A stretch of DNA of 64,000 bases from Candidatus Forterrea multitransposorum CG_2015-17_Forterrea_25_41 (GTDB lineage Archaea; Iainarchaeota; Iainarchaeia; Iainarchaeales; CSSED10-239), in assembly GCA_009392915.1 (NCBI GenBank), contig CP045477.1:32001-96000 (forward strand). The letters run 5' to 3'. A program made the position numbers and the translations under genes. Shown here piece by piece: positions 1-9,013 of this stretch (its first letter is position 1; each line of letters starts with the position of its first letter). Below the pieces are notes generated by a model. It did not search any database. It had not been told where the DNA came from and saw nothing but the letters and a program-made list of their open reading frames with translations.

Positions 1-1
1 G

Positions 2-331
2 TCAAATATTTTAAATTCTAGTAAAATGCTTCCGTTCTATTCTCAATTAATTCTTGCAGGAGCAGATCAAGAACTTTATTCTCTAGATATGCTTGGAGGA
101 TTTTCAAAAGAAGATAATTTTTCATTTTCAGGTTCAGGTTCAGAACTTGCTTTAAGTGCACTTGATAAAGGTTATAAATCTAATATTTCTATTAAGGATA
201 CTATTGAACTTGCAAAAGAAGCTATTACTTCTGCTAAGAAAAGAGATGTTTTTACTGGCGGAGATGGAATAAAAGTTGTAATTATTAAAAAAGATGGTAT
301 TGAAGAACTACCTATTGAAAAATACAAATAG
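2..331 (+). CDS. psmB: Proteasome subunit beta, C-terminal portion (5' end lies outside the window)
   Basis: The ORF track peptide ...GSGSELALSALDKGY...FTGGDGIKVVIIKKDG has the typical proteasome beta C-terminal pattern. The reading frame is open from the window edge. An aCPSF1 gene sits immediately downstream, the conserved archaeal psmB-aCPSF1 linkage. Confidence 0.75.
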   Translation, partial: SNILNSSKMLPFYSQLILAGADQELYSLDMLGGFSKEDNFSFSGSGSELALSALDKGYKSNISIKDTIELAKEAITSAKKRDVFTGGDGIKVVIIKKDGIEELPIEKYK

Positions 332-483
332 TTCTTTTTTTATTTTTTTTTAAAAATTACTTTTAAATTTTTTATACTTTATAATCTTTATATTTATTTT
401 AAATAAATTATAAAGAAAATTAATCTAAATTATACAATTAAATATATGATATTTATACTTTTTTAAAAATAATGTGAACAAAT

Positions 484-2376
484 ATGGACTTATTCGATAA
501 TATTAAAAAACAAATTTCTTCTCTCTTAAATGAGAAAAAAATGTCGTTTTCAAAGATAGAACCTGAAGCTTCAGAGATTGCTATCTATACAAATGACCCT
601 TATTCTTTTTTCAGTAATAAAACAATTGTTGGTGAAATTGCTGATAAATTTAAAAAAAGAATTAACATTAGAACTGAAAAATCATCTCTTATGGATTCAG
701 CTGAAGCCTATAATAAAATAAAAGAAATAATTCCAGAAGATGCTGGTATTAAATCAATTGCTTTTGATGGAGTTTTTTCAGAAGTTGTAATTGAAGCAGA
801 TAAGCCTGGTGTAGTTATTGGAAAACAAGGAGATGTTTCAAAATCAATTATAAAAGAAACAAAATGGATTCCAAAAATATTAAGAGCACCACTTGAACCT
901 TCTGAAATAATTAAAAAAATAAGAGGGTATGCAATTAAAAATAATACTGAAAGAAGACAATTTCTAAAAGAAGTTGCAAAAAAAATATATTCTCCTCCTG
1001 TTAGTAATAAAGAATGGGTTAGAATGACAGCTCTTGGTGGTTTTAGAGAAGTTGGAAGAAGTGCTATACTTTTAGAAACTCCTGATACAAAAATACTTTT
1101 AGATTGTGGAATTAATCCTGCAGATAAAAATGAAGAAGCACCTTTCTTTGGTGTTATAAGATTTCCTTTAGATGAACTTGATGCTGTAGTAATTACACAC
1201 GCTCACATAGATCACGTAGGATTTTTACCATATCTTTTTAGAGCAGGTTATAGAGGTCCTGTATATTGTACAGAACCTACAAAAGATATTATGGCTCTTT
1301 TACTTTTAGATGCAATTTCAGTTTCTGAAAAAACAGGTAGAGAAGCTCTTTATGGAGAAGAAGATGTTAAGGAAGTTATAAAACACTGTATAACTAAAAA
1401 CTTTAGAGAAGTTACAGATATCGCTCCTGGAATAAGACTTACTTTCCATAATTCAGCACATATTTTAGGTTCTGCTTCTGCACACTTACATATAGGTGAT
1501 GGAAAACATAACTTAGTTTATTCTGCAGATATTAAATATGGTTTTACAAGATTATATAACAATATGGATGCAAATTATCCTAGAGTAGATACTTTAATTT
1601 TAGAAAGTACTTATGGTGGTAAACCATTAAATCCTTCTAGAAATAAATCAGAAGATCGTTTAATAGAAGTTTTAAATGAAACACATGATAAAGGAGGAAT
1701 TACTTTAATTCCTGTTTTTTCTGTAGGTCGTGCTCAAGAAGTTATGATTGTTTTAGAAGAATATTTTAGACGTGGAAAATTAAAAGCAGAAAATGTTTTT
1801 ATAGATGGTATGACAAGAGAAGCTTCTTTAATACATACTGTTTATCCTGAATATTTAAAAATGAATATTAAAACTAGAGTTTTACAAAATAATTCTCCAT
1901 TTTCTTCAAAACTTTTTAGATCAGTTGATTATGAAGAAAATTCTAGAGAAAATGTTTTAAATTCTCCTGGTTCAATTATTATAGCATCATCAGGTATGCT
2001 TACAGGTGGACCTTCAGTTGCATATTTTAATGAACTTGCAGATAACCCTAATAATTCTTTAGTTTTTGTTGGTTATCAAGCAAGAAATAGTTTAGGACAA
2101 AAGGTGCAAAAAGGTTTAAAATCAATGATTATTAATGATTCTAAAGGAAAAACAAAAACATTAAATGTTAATCTTAGAATTGAAACTATTGATGCCTTTT
2201 CAGGTCACGCTTATCGTCAAGAGTTACTAAATTATGTTACAAGTTTAAATCCTAAACCAAAAACAATTTTAGTAAATCACGGTGATTCTTGTCCTGAATT
2301 TGCAAGATTTGTTGCAAAGAAATTCCATATTAATACACTTTCAATTCAAAATTTAGAGAGTGTTAGATTAAGGTAA
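484..2376 (+). CDS. Archaeal beta-CASP ribonuclease aCPSF1 (FttA-like): KH domains, metallo-beta-lactamase and beta-CASP
   Basis: 630 aa. It has N-terminal KH-like regions, the metallo-beta-lactamase motif HAHIDHVG, and a beta-CASP C-terminal region. Its position next to the proteasome beta gene is conserved in archaea. Confidence 0.85.
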   Translation: MDLFDNIKKQISSLLNEKKMSFSKIEPEASEIAIYTNDPYSFFSNKTIVGEIADKFKKRINIRTEKSSLMDSAEAYNKIKEIIPEDAGIKSIAFDGVFSEVVIEADKPGVVIGKQGDVSKSIIKETKWIPKILRAPLEPSEIIKKIRGYAIKNNTERRQFLKEVAKKIYSPPVSNKEWVRMTALGGFREVGRSAILLETPDTKILLDCGINPADKNEEAPFFGVIRFPLDELDAVVITHAHIDHVGFLPYLFRAGYRGPVYCTEPTKDIMALLLLDAISVSEKTGREALYGEEDVKEVIKHCITKNFREVTDIAPGIRLTFHNSAHILGSASAHLHIGDGKHNLVYSADIKYGFTRLYNNMDANYPRVDTLILESTYGGKPLNPSRNKSEDRLIEVLNETHDKGGITLIPVFSVGRAQEVMIVLEEYFRRGKLKAENVFIDGMTREASLIHTVYPEYLKMNIKTRVLQNNSPFSSKLFRSVDYEENSRENVLNSPGSIIIASSGMLTGGPSVAYFNELADNPNNSLVFVGYQARNSLGQKVQKGLKSMIINDSKGKTKTLNVNLRIETIDAFSGHAYRQELLNYVTSLNPKPKTILVNHGDSCPEFARFVAKKFHINTLSIQNLESVRLR

Positions 2377-2382
2377 GGTATT

Positions 2383-2877
2383 ATGTATTTTGTAATAACA
2401 GGTTCTGTTGCAAGCGGTAAAACTACGCTTGCACAAGAAGTTAAAAAAAAATTTCCTTTTCAAAAGTTTTTAGTTGTTAATGATAAAGATTTTTCTAAAG
2501 AAAATAATATTGCTATCTTAAATGAAGAAACAAAAGAATATGAAATAGATACTTCACTTCTTTCAAAAAAATGTTTAGAACTTTTAAAAAAGAAAAAAAA
2601 TATTATTTTTGAAGGACATTTGTTTTGTGAAGTTTCTAAACTTTTTTTAAAAAAAATGGATTTTGTTTTTTTATTATTATCTTCTGAAAAATTATTAAGA
2701 GATAGAATGTCTGAGAGAAATTATTCTGTTTTAAAAATTGAAGAAAATATTCTTTGTCATAAGACAAGTTATTTTCAAGAAAAATTAAATTCTAAAAAAA
2801 TAGATTATATTCCTATAGAGGTTTCAAAAGACCTTAAATTAAATTTAAAAAAAATAAATAAATATTTAAAATTATAA
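2383..2877 (+). CDS. Small P-loop NTPase, probable nucleotide/adenylate-kinase-like (Fap7/AK6-like) protein
   Basis: It has an N-terminal Walker A motif, GSVASGKTTLAQEV, and is 164 aa. The specific kinase family cannot be resolved by eye. Confidence 0.45.
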   Translation: MYFVITGSVASGKTTLAQEVKKKFPFQKFLVVNDKDFSKENNIAILNEETKEYEIDTSLLSKKCLELLKKKKNIIFEGHLFCEVSKLFLKKMDFVFLLLSSEKLLRDRMSERNYSVLKIEENILCHKTSYFQEKLNSKKIDYIPIEVSKDLKLNLKKINKYLKL

Positions 2878-2890
2878 AATGTGATAAAAA

Positions 2891-3724
2891 ATGGTTCAAG
2901 CATTAGTTTCTGCAAAAACACAAACTGTTAAAGAAATTAAAAAGAAATCTTCTATTAAAAGAAGAAATAAATTAATTGTTAAATTGATTTTAATAACTAT
3001 TGTTGCAATATTAATTGCATTGATATTAAGCAAAATAGTTGTTGAAACAAGAACTTCTTTTACAAATAATGATATTGACTTTAAATCAGTAAACTTTCAT
3101 ATACATGAAGGTTTTGAAATATTTGGAACTGATAAAAATTATTTATTAGTTTTTAATTACTATTACCAAGATACAAATTATTTATCTTCAGTAATTGATG
3201 GCCTTGTATTTTCTCAATCCATGCTTTCTGCTAAAAATAAAAATACAATTCTTTTAATTTCTGTAATTGATAATGAAAATAATCTTCTTTATTGTCAATC
3301 AAATAATGGAAATGTTTTAGAAAATATTGAACTTACAAGTGAAGAATGTTTATCTCTTTTAGATACTAATCATTCTGTAATTATGGTTAATTATCCTTTT
3401 GGAGATGTTGAAAAATCAGAAGTTGTTTTAAATTTAAATGAAAAATTATTATTAATTAATCCTAAATCAAAAGAATTTGTTTATGACTCTTTATATGTTT
3501 CTTTTAATCAAATGTATAAAGATGCTAAAATGATTGAAGATTCTTTAACAGATATTCAAAATAAATTAAGCACTTCTAAAGAAAAGTCTTTGGTTGATAA
3601 AAATATTATTGATGAAAATATTGTTGATGAAAACTTTTATGATCAAAATATTTTAATTGATGAAAATTTTTCTGATGATAATTCTTTAAACGATGATAAC
3701 TTTTCACAAGATATTAATAATTAA
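2891..3724 (+). CDS. Membrane-anchored hypothetical protein with an acidic C-terminal (I/F)DEN repeat region
   Basis: One N-terminal hydrophobic helix (LIVKLILITIVAILIALILSKIVV). The C-terminus repeats DKNIIDENIVDENFYDQNILIDENFSDDN. Confidence 0.4.
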   Translation: MVQALVSAKTQTVKEIKKKSSIKRRNKLIVKLILITIVAILIALILSKIVVETRTSFTNNDIDFKSVNFHIHEGFEIFGTDKNYLLVFNYYYQDTNYLSSVIDGLVFSQSMLSAKNKNTILLISVIDNENNLLYCQSNNGNVLENIELTSEECLSLLDTNHSVIMVNYPFGDVEKSEVVLNLNEKLLLINPKSKEFVYDSLYVSFNQMYKDAKMIEDSLTDIQNKLSTSKEKSLVDKNIIDENIVDENFYDQNILIDENFSDDNSLNDDNFSQDINN

Positions 3725-3786
3725 ATATTTTTTTAAAAATAACTTTATAAAACAATTTATATTGTTTATGTTCTATAATTATAATT

Positions 3787-5157
3787 ATGTCTTCAATAAA
3801 TCTTGATAAATCAAAAGTATCAATTTATAGAGATACTAGAAAGAAATTACTTTCTCAAATCAAACCTAGTACTTCTCAAAATATAAAAGAAAAAAGATTT
3901 ATTGATAATGTTATTAAAAAAATAGAAAAGATGCCAGGACCACATTTATCTGCTGTTTGTGCAGGTTCTTTTGGAAAAGGTACTAATTTAAAAGATACAA
4001 AAGATTTTGATGTTTTTGTAATTTATCCTCCTTCTCTTGAAAAAACAAAATTTATTGAAGAAGGTTTAATGTTAGGTCAAAAAGCTTTTAAAGGATATTT
4101 TTGGGAAAAAGCATATTCTCAACATCCTTATATAAGAGGTGTAATTGACGGACATAAAGTTGAAGTTGTGCCTGCATATAAAATAGAACCTAATGAACCT
4201 ATAATTTCTGCAGTTGATAGAACTGTTTTACATTTAATGTTTGTTTTAAAAAATATGTCTGAAACACAAAAAGATGAAACTAGACTTTTAAAATATTTTT
4301 TAAAACAAATAGGGTCTTATGGTGCAGATACTTCTGTATCTGGATTTTCTGGTTATTTATGTGAACTTTTAATTCTATTTTATGGAGATTTTATAACTGT
4401 TTTAGAGAATGCTTCAAATTGGCAATATCCTATAAAATTTACTTTACTTAAAGAACAACATGTTAACTTAGCAAGATTTTCTGAAAGCTTAGTTGTAATT
4501 GATCCTATTGATGATACTAGAAATGTAGCATCTGCTGTAAGTTTAAAACAATTAAGTTTATTTATAGCTTCTTCAAGAAAATTTTTAGAAAATCCTTCTA
4601 TTGATTTCTTTAATACTAAAGTTATTCCAAAAGTTACATATCATCAATTAATAGGGAAACTTGAAAATTTTTCACTAGTAATTGTAAGTTTTGAAGTAAA
4701 AGATATGTTAAAAGAAATTATTTGGTCTAAAGTTAAAAGTAATACTTCAAAGTTAATTACTCATTTAGAATTTTCTGATTTTGATATTTTAAAATATGAA
4801 GTTTATCATAAAGAAGGTCAAGATAGATGTTATCTTGTATTATTATTAAATACTTTAGAACTTCCTAAATTTAAAAAAATTAATGGACCTTTAGTTTCTG
4901 ATTTTAAAAGTTCTCAAAATTATTTAACTAATAATCGTTCTGTACTTGGTCCATATATTAAAGAAGATAGATGGTATGTTGTAAGAAAAAGAGATAAAAC
5001 TTCTGCAAAGGCAATAATTTTAGATTTCTCACAAGTCTTTAATTTAAAATCTAAGATTTATTCTGGAACAGAGATCAATGATTTATTTTTAGAAGATGAT
5101 GACTTATCTGAATATTTAACTGATTTTTTTATTACTAAAGAGAAATTTTTAATTTAA
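3787..5157 (+). CDS. cca: CCA-adding tRNA nucleotidyltransferase, archaeal class I
   Basis: 456 aa. The nucleotidyltransferase motif GSFGKGTNLKDTKDFDVFV is typical of the archaeal CCA enzyme N-terminus. Confidence 0.8.
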   Translation: MSSINLDKSKVSIYRDTRKKLLSQIKPSTSQNIKEKRFIDNVIKKIEKMPGPHLSAVCAGSFGKGTNLKDTKDFDVFVIYPPSLEKTKFIEEGLMLGQKAFKGYFWEKAYSQHPYIRGVIDGHKVEVVPAYKIEPNEPIISAVDRTVLHLMFVLKNMSETQKDETRLLKYFLKQIGSYGADTSVSGFSGYLCELLILFYGDFITVLENASNWQYPIKFTLLKEQHVNLARFSESLVVIDPIDDTRNVASAVSLKQLSLFIASSRKFLENPSIDFFNTKVIPKVTYHQLIGKLENFSLVIVSFEVKDMLKEIIWSKVKSNTSKLITHLEFSDFDILKYEVYHKEGQDRCYLVLLLNTLELPKFKKINGPLVSDFKSSQNYLTNNRSVLGPYIKEDRWYVVRKRDKTSAKAIILDFSQVFNLKSKIYSGTEINDLFLEDDDLSEYLTDFFITKEKFLI

Positions 5158-5289
5158 TTTTTTTAGTTATATATAAGTTAATTATTTAATATTAATATCT
5201 TATTTTTTCCTTTTTTATCCTAAGTAATTATAATCTGGTATGTTATTTTAGATTAAGGTGTTTTTTTTTGTACACTTATTTAGGGTTAA

Positions 5290-5500
5290 TATATATATAT
5301 TACACAAATTATAGTTATATTGGATTTGAGACCTTGGAGACAAGTAGTTTCCTAAAGAATGATTTTCAGGTGAGTTTTTTCATCTAGGAGGTGGTGATAA
5401 AGTAATATGACGATAAACGACTCGAACGATAGTTAGGGAAGCAAACCCAAACCAGGTTTATATGGTAAACTGATGTGATTTGAAGGCTTCCCTATCTTTA
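5290..5500. ncRNA. GC-enriched, stem-loop-rich non-coding block (candidate structured RNA, e.g. SRP RNA or other; unresolved)
   Basis: No ORF is predicted here. GC content is locally elevated relative to the flanks, for example ggaggtggtgataaag...cgactcgaacgatagttagggaagcaaacccaaaccagg...gaaggcttccc. There is an inverted repeat gggaagc/gcttccc. I could not match it to a covariance model by eye. Confidence 0.2.
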
Positions 5501-5617
5501 ACAAATATTTTTTCTATTTCTCTAATTTTATTTAAATTCTATAAGCTTTATATATCTTTTCTATATATATTATATATATAGTACCTTTTTTTTATCAAAG
5601 ACTATATGGTAAAAAAT

Positions 5618-5699
5618 GCAGAGGTGGCGGAGTGGTCAAACGCGCCAGCCTTGAGAGCTGGAGCCTTGCGCTACACGAGTTCGAATCTCGTCCTCTGCG
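5618..5699 (+). tRNA. tRNA-Ser (anticodon UGA), class II with a long variable arm
   Basis: Cloverleaf as read: acceptor GCAGAGG/CCUCUGC; anticodon stem CCAGC/GCUGG with loop CUUGAGA; T-arm ACGAG-UUCGAAU-CUCGU; long variable arm. Confidence 0.8.
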
Positions 5700-5730
5700 C
5701 TTTATCTTTTAAAATATAGGAATTTTTATT

Positions 5731-6063
5731 ATGATTAAAGAAAACATTTCTTTTCAAGATTTTTTAAAACTTGATATAAGAATTGGAACAATTGTTGAGG
5801 CTGAAGCTGTTGAGGGTTCTGATAAATTAATAAAATTAATAATTGATTTTAAAGATTTTAAAAGACAGATTTTAGCTGGTATTAAAACAAAATATCAACC
5901 AACTGATTTATTAAACAAACAAATTCCTGTTATTGTAAATTTAGAACCTAGAAAAATGATGGGTTTTGAAAGTCAAGGAATGATCTTAGCTGTTGGAGAT
6001 AAAACTTTAGATGCTTTACTTTTACCATCTGAGCCTGTATCGGAAGGCTCGATTGTACACTAA
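5731..6063 (+). CDS. tRNA-binding domain protein (Trbp111/CsaA/EMAP-II-like OB fold)
   Basis: 110 aa. The pattern DIRIGTIVEAEAVEGSDKLIKL...ILAGIK...GMILAV is characteristic of the Myf/Trbp111 tRNA-binding domain. Confidence 0.7.
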   Translation: MIKENISFQDFLKLDIRIGTIVEAEAVEGSDKLIKLIIDFKDFKRQILAGIKTKYQPTDLLNKQIPVIVNLEPRKMMGFESQGMILAVGDKTLDALLLPSEPVSEGSIVH

Positions 6064-6084
6064 TTTTTTTTTAAAACTAAAAAT

Positions 6085-6166
6085 GCAGAGGTGGCGGAGT
6101 GGTCAAACGCGCAAGCCTGGAAAGCTTGAGCCTCGTGCTACGCGAGTTCGAATCTCGTCCTCTGCG
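6085..6166 (+). tRNA. tRNA-Ser (anticodon GGA)
   Basis: The acceptor, D- and T-arms are nearly identical to the tRNA at 5618. Anticodon stem CAAGC/GCUUG with loop CUGGAAA. Confidence 0.8.
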
Positions 6167-6197
6167 CTTTTTTCTTTTTTAATTTAATATTTATTTT

Positions 6198-6286
6198 GCA
6201 GAGATGGCGGAGTGGTCAAACGCACAAGTTTCGAAAACTTGATTAAGGTTTTTTCCTTTACATGAGTTCAAATCTCATTCTCTGCG
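6198..6286 (+). tRNA. tRNA-Ser (anticodon CGA) with an AT-rich variable arm
   Basis: Acceptor GCAGAGA/UCUCUGC; anticodon stem CAAGU/ACUUG with loop UUCGAAA; variable arm AAGG-UUUUUU-CCUU; T-arm AUGAG-UUCAAAU-CUCAU. Confidence 0.7.
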
Positions 6287-6462
6287 TAGCTGGTTTCGGT
6301 CAGCTAGCACCCAATGATTTTGCGTTTGTTAACGCTTATTTAAACTTTCTTTTTAAAAGAAGTGATTTTCCCCCAAAACTTTTTTTCTTTAAAAATTGTG
6401 TTTTAAAAATTTTTAATCTATTTTATATCTATTTAAAATACTTTTGCCTCTCTTTAATATTT

Positions 6463-7584
6463 ATGACTGAAAAAATGATTGTAAATCCATACCAAGTAGA
6501 AGGAGAAGTTGATTACCAAAGACTTGTAAAAGAATTTGGTCTTCAAGAAATAACTCCTGAAATTTTAGAAAAAATAAAACAAATAACTAAAGGTCTTCAT
6601 CCAATGTTAAAGAGAAAAATCTTTTTTGCACATAGAGACCTTAACTGGGTGTTAGATGAATATCTAAAAGGAAATAAATTTTTTCTATATACAGGTTGTG
6701 GTCCATCAGGTCCAATCCATCTAGGGCATGCATTAGTATGGTATTTTACAAAATACTTACAAGATACTTTTGATGTTGAATTATATTTTCAGTTTACAGA
6801 TGATGAAAAATTTTTATACAAAGATAAACCTTATGAAGAAATACAAAAATGGGTCTATGAAAACATGCTTGATGTTATAGCTATAGGTTTTGACCCTAAA
6901 AAAACATTTTTCATAGTAGACACAAAGCATGCTGGTCTTCTTTACCCAGAGGCAATAAAGGTTGCAAAGAAATTAACTTTTTCAACAGTTAAATCTTCTT
7001 TTGGTTTTACAGATAGCAATAATGTTGGATCTATTTTTTATACCTCTATGCAAGCAGTTCCTTCTTTTTTGCCATCAGTTTTAAAAAAGAAAAACATTCC
7101 TTGCCTTATTCCTCATGCAATAGATCAAGATAATCATTTTAGAATAACAAGAGATATTTTACCAAAGCTTGGTTTTTATAAACCTGCAAGCATACAATGT
7201 TCTTTTCTTCCTCCATTAACAGGAGCTTTTGGAAAAATGAGTAGTACTGGAGAAGCTAAAGGAATATTCATGACAGACTCTCCAAAAGAGATTAAAGATA
7301 AAATAAATAAATATGCCTTCTCTGGAGGACAACCAACTTTAGAAGAACATAGAGAAAAAGGTGGAAACACAGAGATTGACATTCCTTTCCAATATTTAAA
7401 ATATCTTTTCGAAGAGGATGATGAAAAATTAGCAGAGATTGAAAAAGATTATTCTTCTGGAAAGATGTTAACTGGAGAGATTAAAAAATATTTAATTGAT
7501 AAAATAACTGCTTTCCTTTTAGCTCATCAAGAAAGAAGAAAAGATGCTCACAAGAAAATAGATGATTTTCTTTTAAAGGTTTAA
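6463..7584 (+). CDS. trpS: Tryptophanyl-tRNA synthetase, archaeal/eukaryal type (class I; TyrRS not fully excluded)
   Basis: It has the HIGH-type motif GCGPSGPIHLGH and a KMSKS-like KMSSTGE. The 374-aa length fits archaeal TrpRS better than TyrRS. The start is placed at ATG 6463 (MTEKMIV...), because the ORF track start at 6262 overlaps the tRNA-Ser(CGA) gene. Confidence 0.65.
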   Translation: MTEKMIVNPYQVEGEVDYQRLVKEFGLQEITPEILEKIKQITKGLHPMLKRKIFFAHRDLNWVLDEYLKGNKFFLYTGCGPSGPIHLGHALVWYFTKYLQDTFDVELYFQFTDDEKFLYKDKPYEEIQKWVYENMLDVIAIGFDPKKTFFIVDTKHAGLLYPEAIKVAKKLTFSTVKSSFGFTDSNNVGSIFYTSMQAVPSFLPSVLKKKNIPCLIPHAIDQDNHFRITRDILPKLGFYKPASIQCSFLPPLTGAFGKMSSTGEAKGIFMTDSPKEIKDKINKYAFSGGQPTLEEHREKGGNTEIDIPFQYLKYLFEEDDEKLAEIEKDYSSGKMLTGEIKKYLIDKITAFLLAHQERRKDAHKKIDDFLLKV

Positions 7585-7596
7585 ATTAGGTGTTTT

Positions 7597-8364
7597 ATGA
7601 ATTTATTATTTTTAGGATTAGGTAATACAGGTATTTCTATTGCCGATAGATTATCTAAAAATAATAATATATTCTATTATGATGTAGTTAAAAAAAATGT
7701 AGCTTATAAGTATTTACCTTTAACAAAGTTAAAAAAATCTAATTTTGATTATATAATAGTTACACTTTCTTCAATTTCGATATTAAACCGACTTAAATTA
7801 TGCTCTAAATATAATACTACTTATGATTTAAGAAAATATGAGTTGGTTAAAAATAAAAATAGTTTGAAAAAAATTATAAATTACCTCCCTAATTCTAAGG
7901 TAATTGTAGTTTCTAATCCTGTGGATGATATTGTTACTTTTTTATCAAAAAATACTAATTTAGATGTAATTGGTTTTGGGATTTCTTTAGATGCTTTAAG
8001 ATATTCTAATTATTTTAAACAAAAAATTAATTGTATTGGTTTACATGGTTTTTCAGTTCCTTTAAAGGTATTAAAAAGTAAAACTCATTTTTTAAAAAGT
8101 TATTCGGCGGTTGATCTAAAATTATTTAACTCTTTTAAAGTTAATGGTATTAATTATGATCTAGTATCAAAAGAATTTGAATTATTTTTTAATAAACTTA
8201 ATTCAGATAAACAAAATACATTATATTTATCTAAATATATTTCAAAAGACATTCTAGGATTAGAAAATATATCTTTATCTCTCCCTTATTTTGTAAAAAA
8301 AGGAAAAGTAGTTGGTCTTAAACAAATAAAACTAACTAGTCTTGAAAAAAATCTATTAAAATAA
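7597..8364 (+). CDS. Lactate/malate dehydrogenase-family protein, short and divergent
   Basis: It has a Rossmann motif, GLGNTG, and the family signature VIVVSNPVDDIVTFL...VIGFGISLDALRY...IGLHGFSVP (compare SNPVD and GEHGDS in LDH/MDH). At 255 aa it is shorter than the canonical ~310 aa. Confidence 0.5.
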   Translation: MNLLFLGLGNTGISIADRLSKNNNIFYYDVVKKNVAYKYLPLTKLKKSNFDYIIVTLSSISILNRLKLCSKYNTTYDLRKYELVKNKNSLKKIINYLPNSKVIVVSNPVDDIVTFLSKNTNLDVIGFGISLDALRYSNYFKQKINCIGLHGFSVPLKVLKSKTHFLKSYSAVDLKLFNSFKVNGINYDLVSKEFELFFNKLNSDKQNTLYLSKYISKDILGLENISLSLPYFVKKGKVVGLKQIKLTSLEKNLLK

Positions 8365-8366
8365 AA

Positions 8367-8879
8367 TTATTTTCCTAATTTTCCAGGTCTTTCAAAGACA
8401 ATTGATTTATGAGCAGAAAATCTAGTTAAGTTCATTATTAAATCTGCAAGAAGTTTTGCATATATAGGTGGAAAGTTTAAAAATTCAACAAAACCAATAA
8501 CCATTATAAAAATAACAATTACTGCAGAAAAGTTAATTACATAATATCTTCCAAAAGCAAAAAGGTTTTTCTTAGAAAAAGCTTTTACATCATTTTTAAA
8601 AACAAATTTTTTATGAAGATTAAAATTTGTAAATGTTTTTACAAAATCAGAAATAAATGTAACCCATAAGTAATTATAAGCAAGTATATTATGTAAACCA
8701 AAAATCATTAATATATCTATTATTGTTCCTGCAAGACCTAAGACTGCATATTTTAAAAATCTCTTCATTCTATACATTAAAGGAAAAGAAATTAACCAAT
8801 AATATATTTGATATACAAAATTACTTTTTTTAATAGTAATTAATGAATGTGTGAATTTATCATTTTTATCTAAAGCCAT
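8367..8879 (-). CDS. GtrA-family membrane protein (polysaccharide or glycolipid flippase accessory)
   Basis: The pattern KRFLKYAVLGLAGTIIDILMIFGL...KFVFKN matches GtrA. The real start may be the internal Met at about 8765, which would give roughly 130 aa. Confidence 0.55.
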   Translation of the reverse strand: MALDKNDKFTHSLITIKKSNFVYQIYYWLISFPLMYRMKRFLKYAVLGLAGTIIDILMIFGLHNILAYNYLWVTFISDFVKTFTNFNLHKKFVFKNDVKAFSKKNLFAFGRYYVINFSAVIVIFIMVIGFVEFLNFPPIYAKLLADLIMNLTRFSAHKSIVFERPGKLGK

Positions 8880-9013
8880 ATTTTAAAAACTCTAATTAAC
8901 TATATTATATATTATTTATAACCCTTAAGTTTTAAAAAGAATAACTATTTATATCTTTTACATATATAATATATTGTTATGATTTTTTAATAACTATTAA
9001 ACTTTGATAAAAT

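Noticed and set aside
6262-6462. 5' extension of the TrpRS ORF as given in the ORF track (MSSNLILCVAGFGQLAP...)
   Set aside because: The extension overlaps the tRNA-Ser(CGA) gene and is hydrophobic junk. The conserved TrpRS N-terminus starts at the in-frame ATG 6463.
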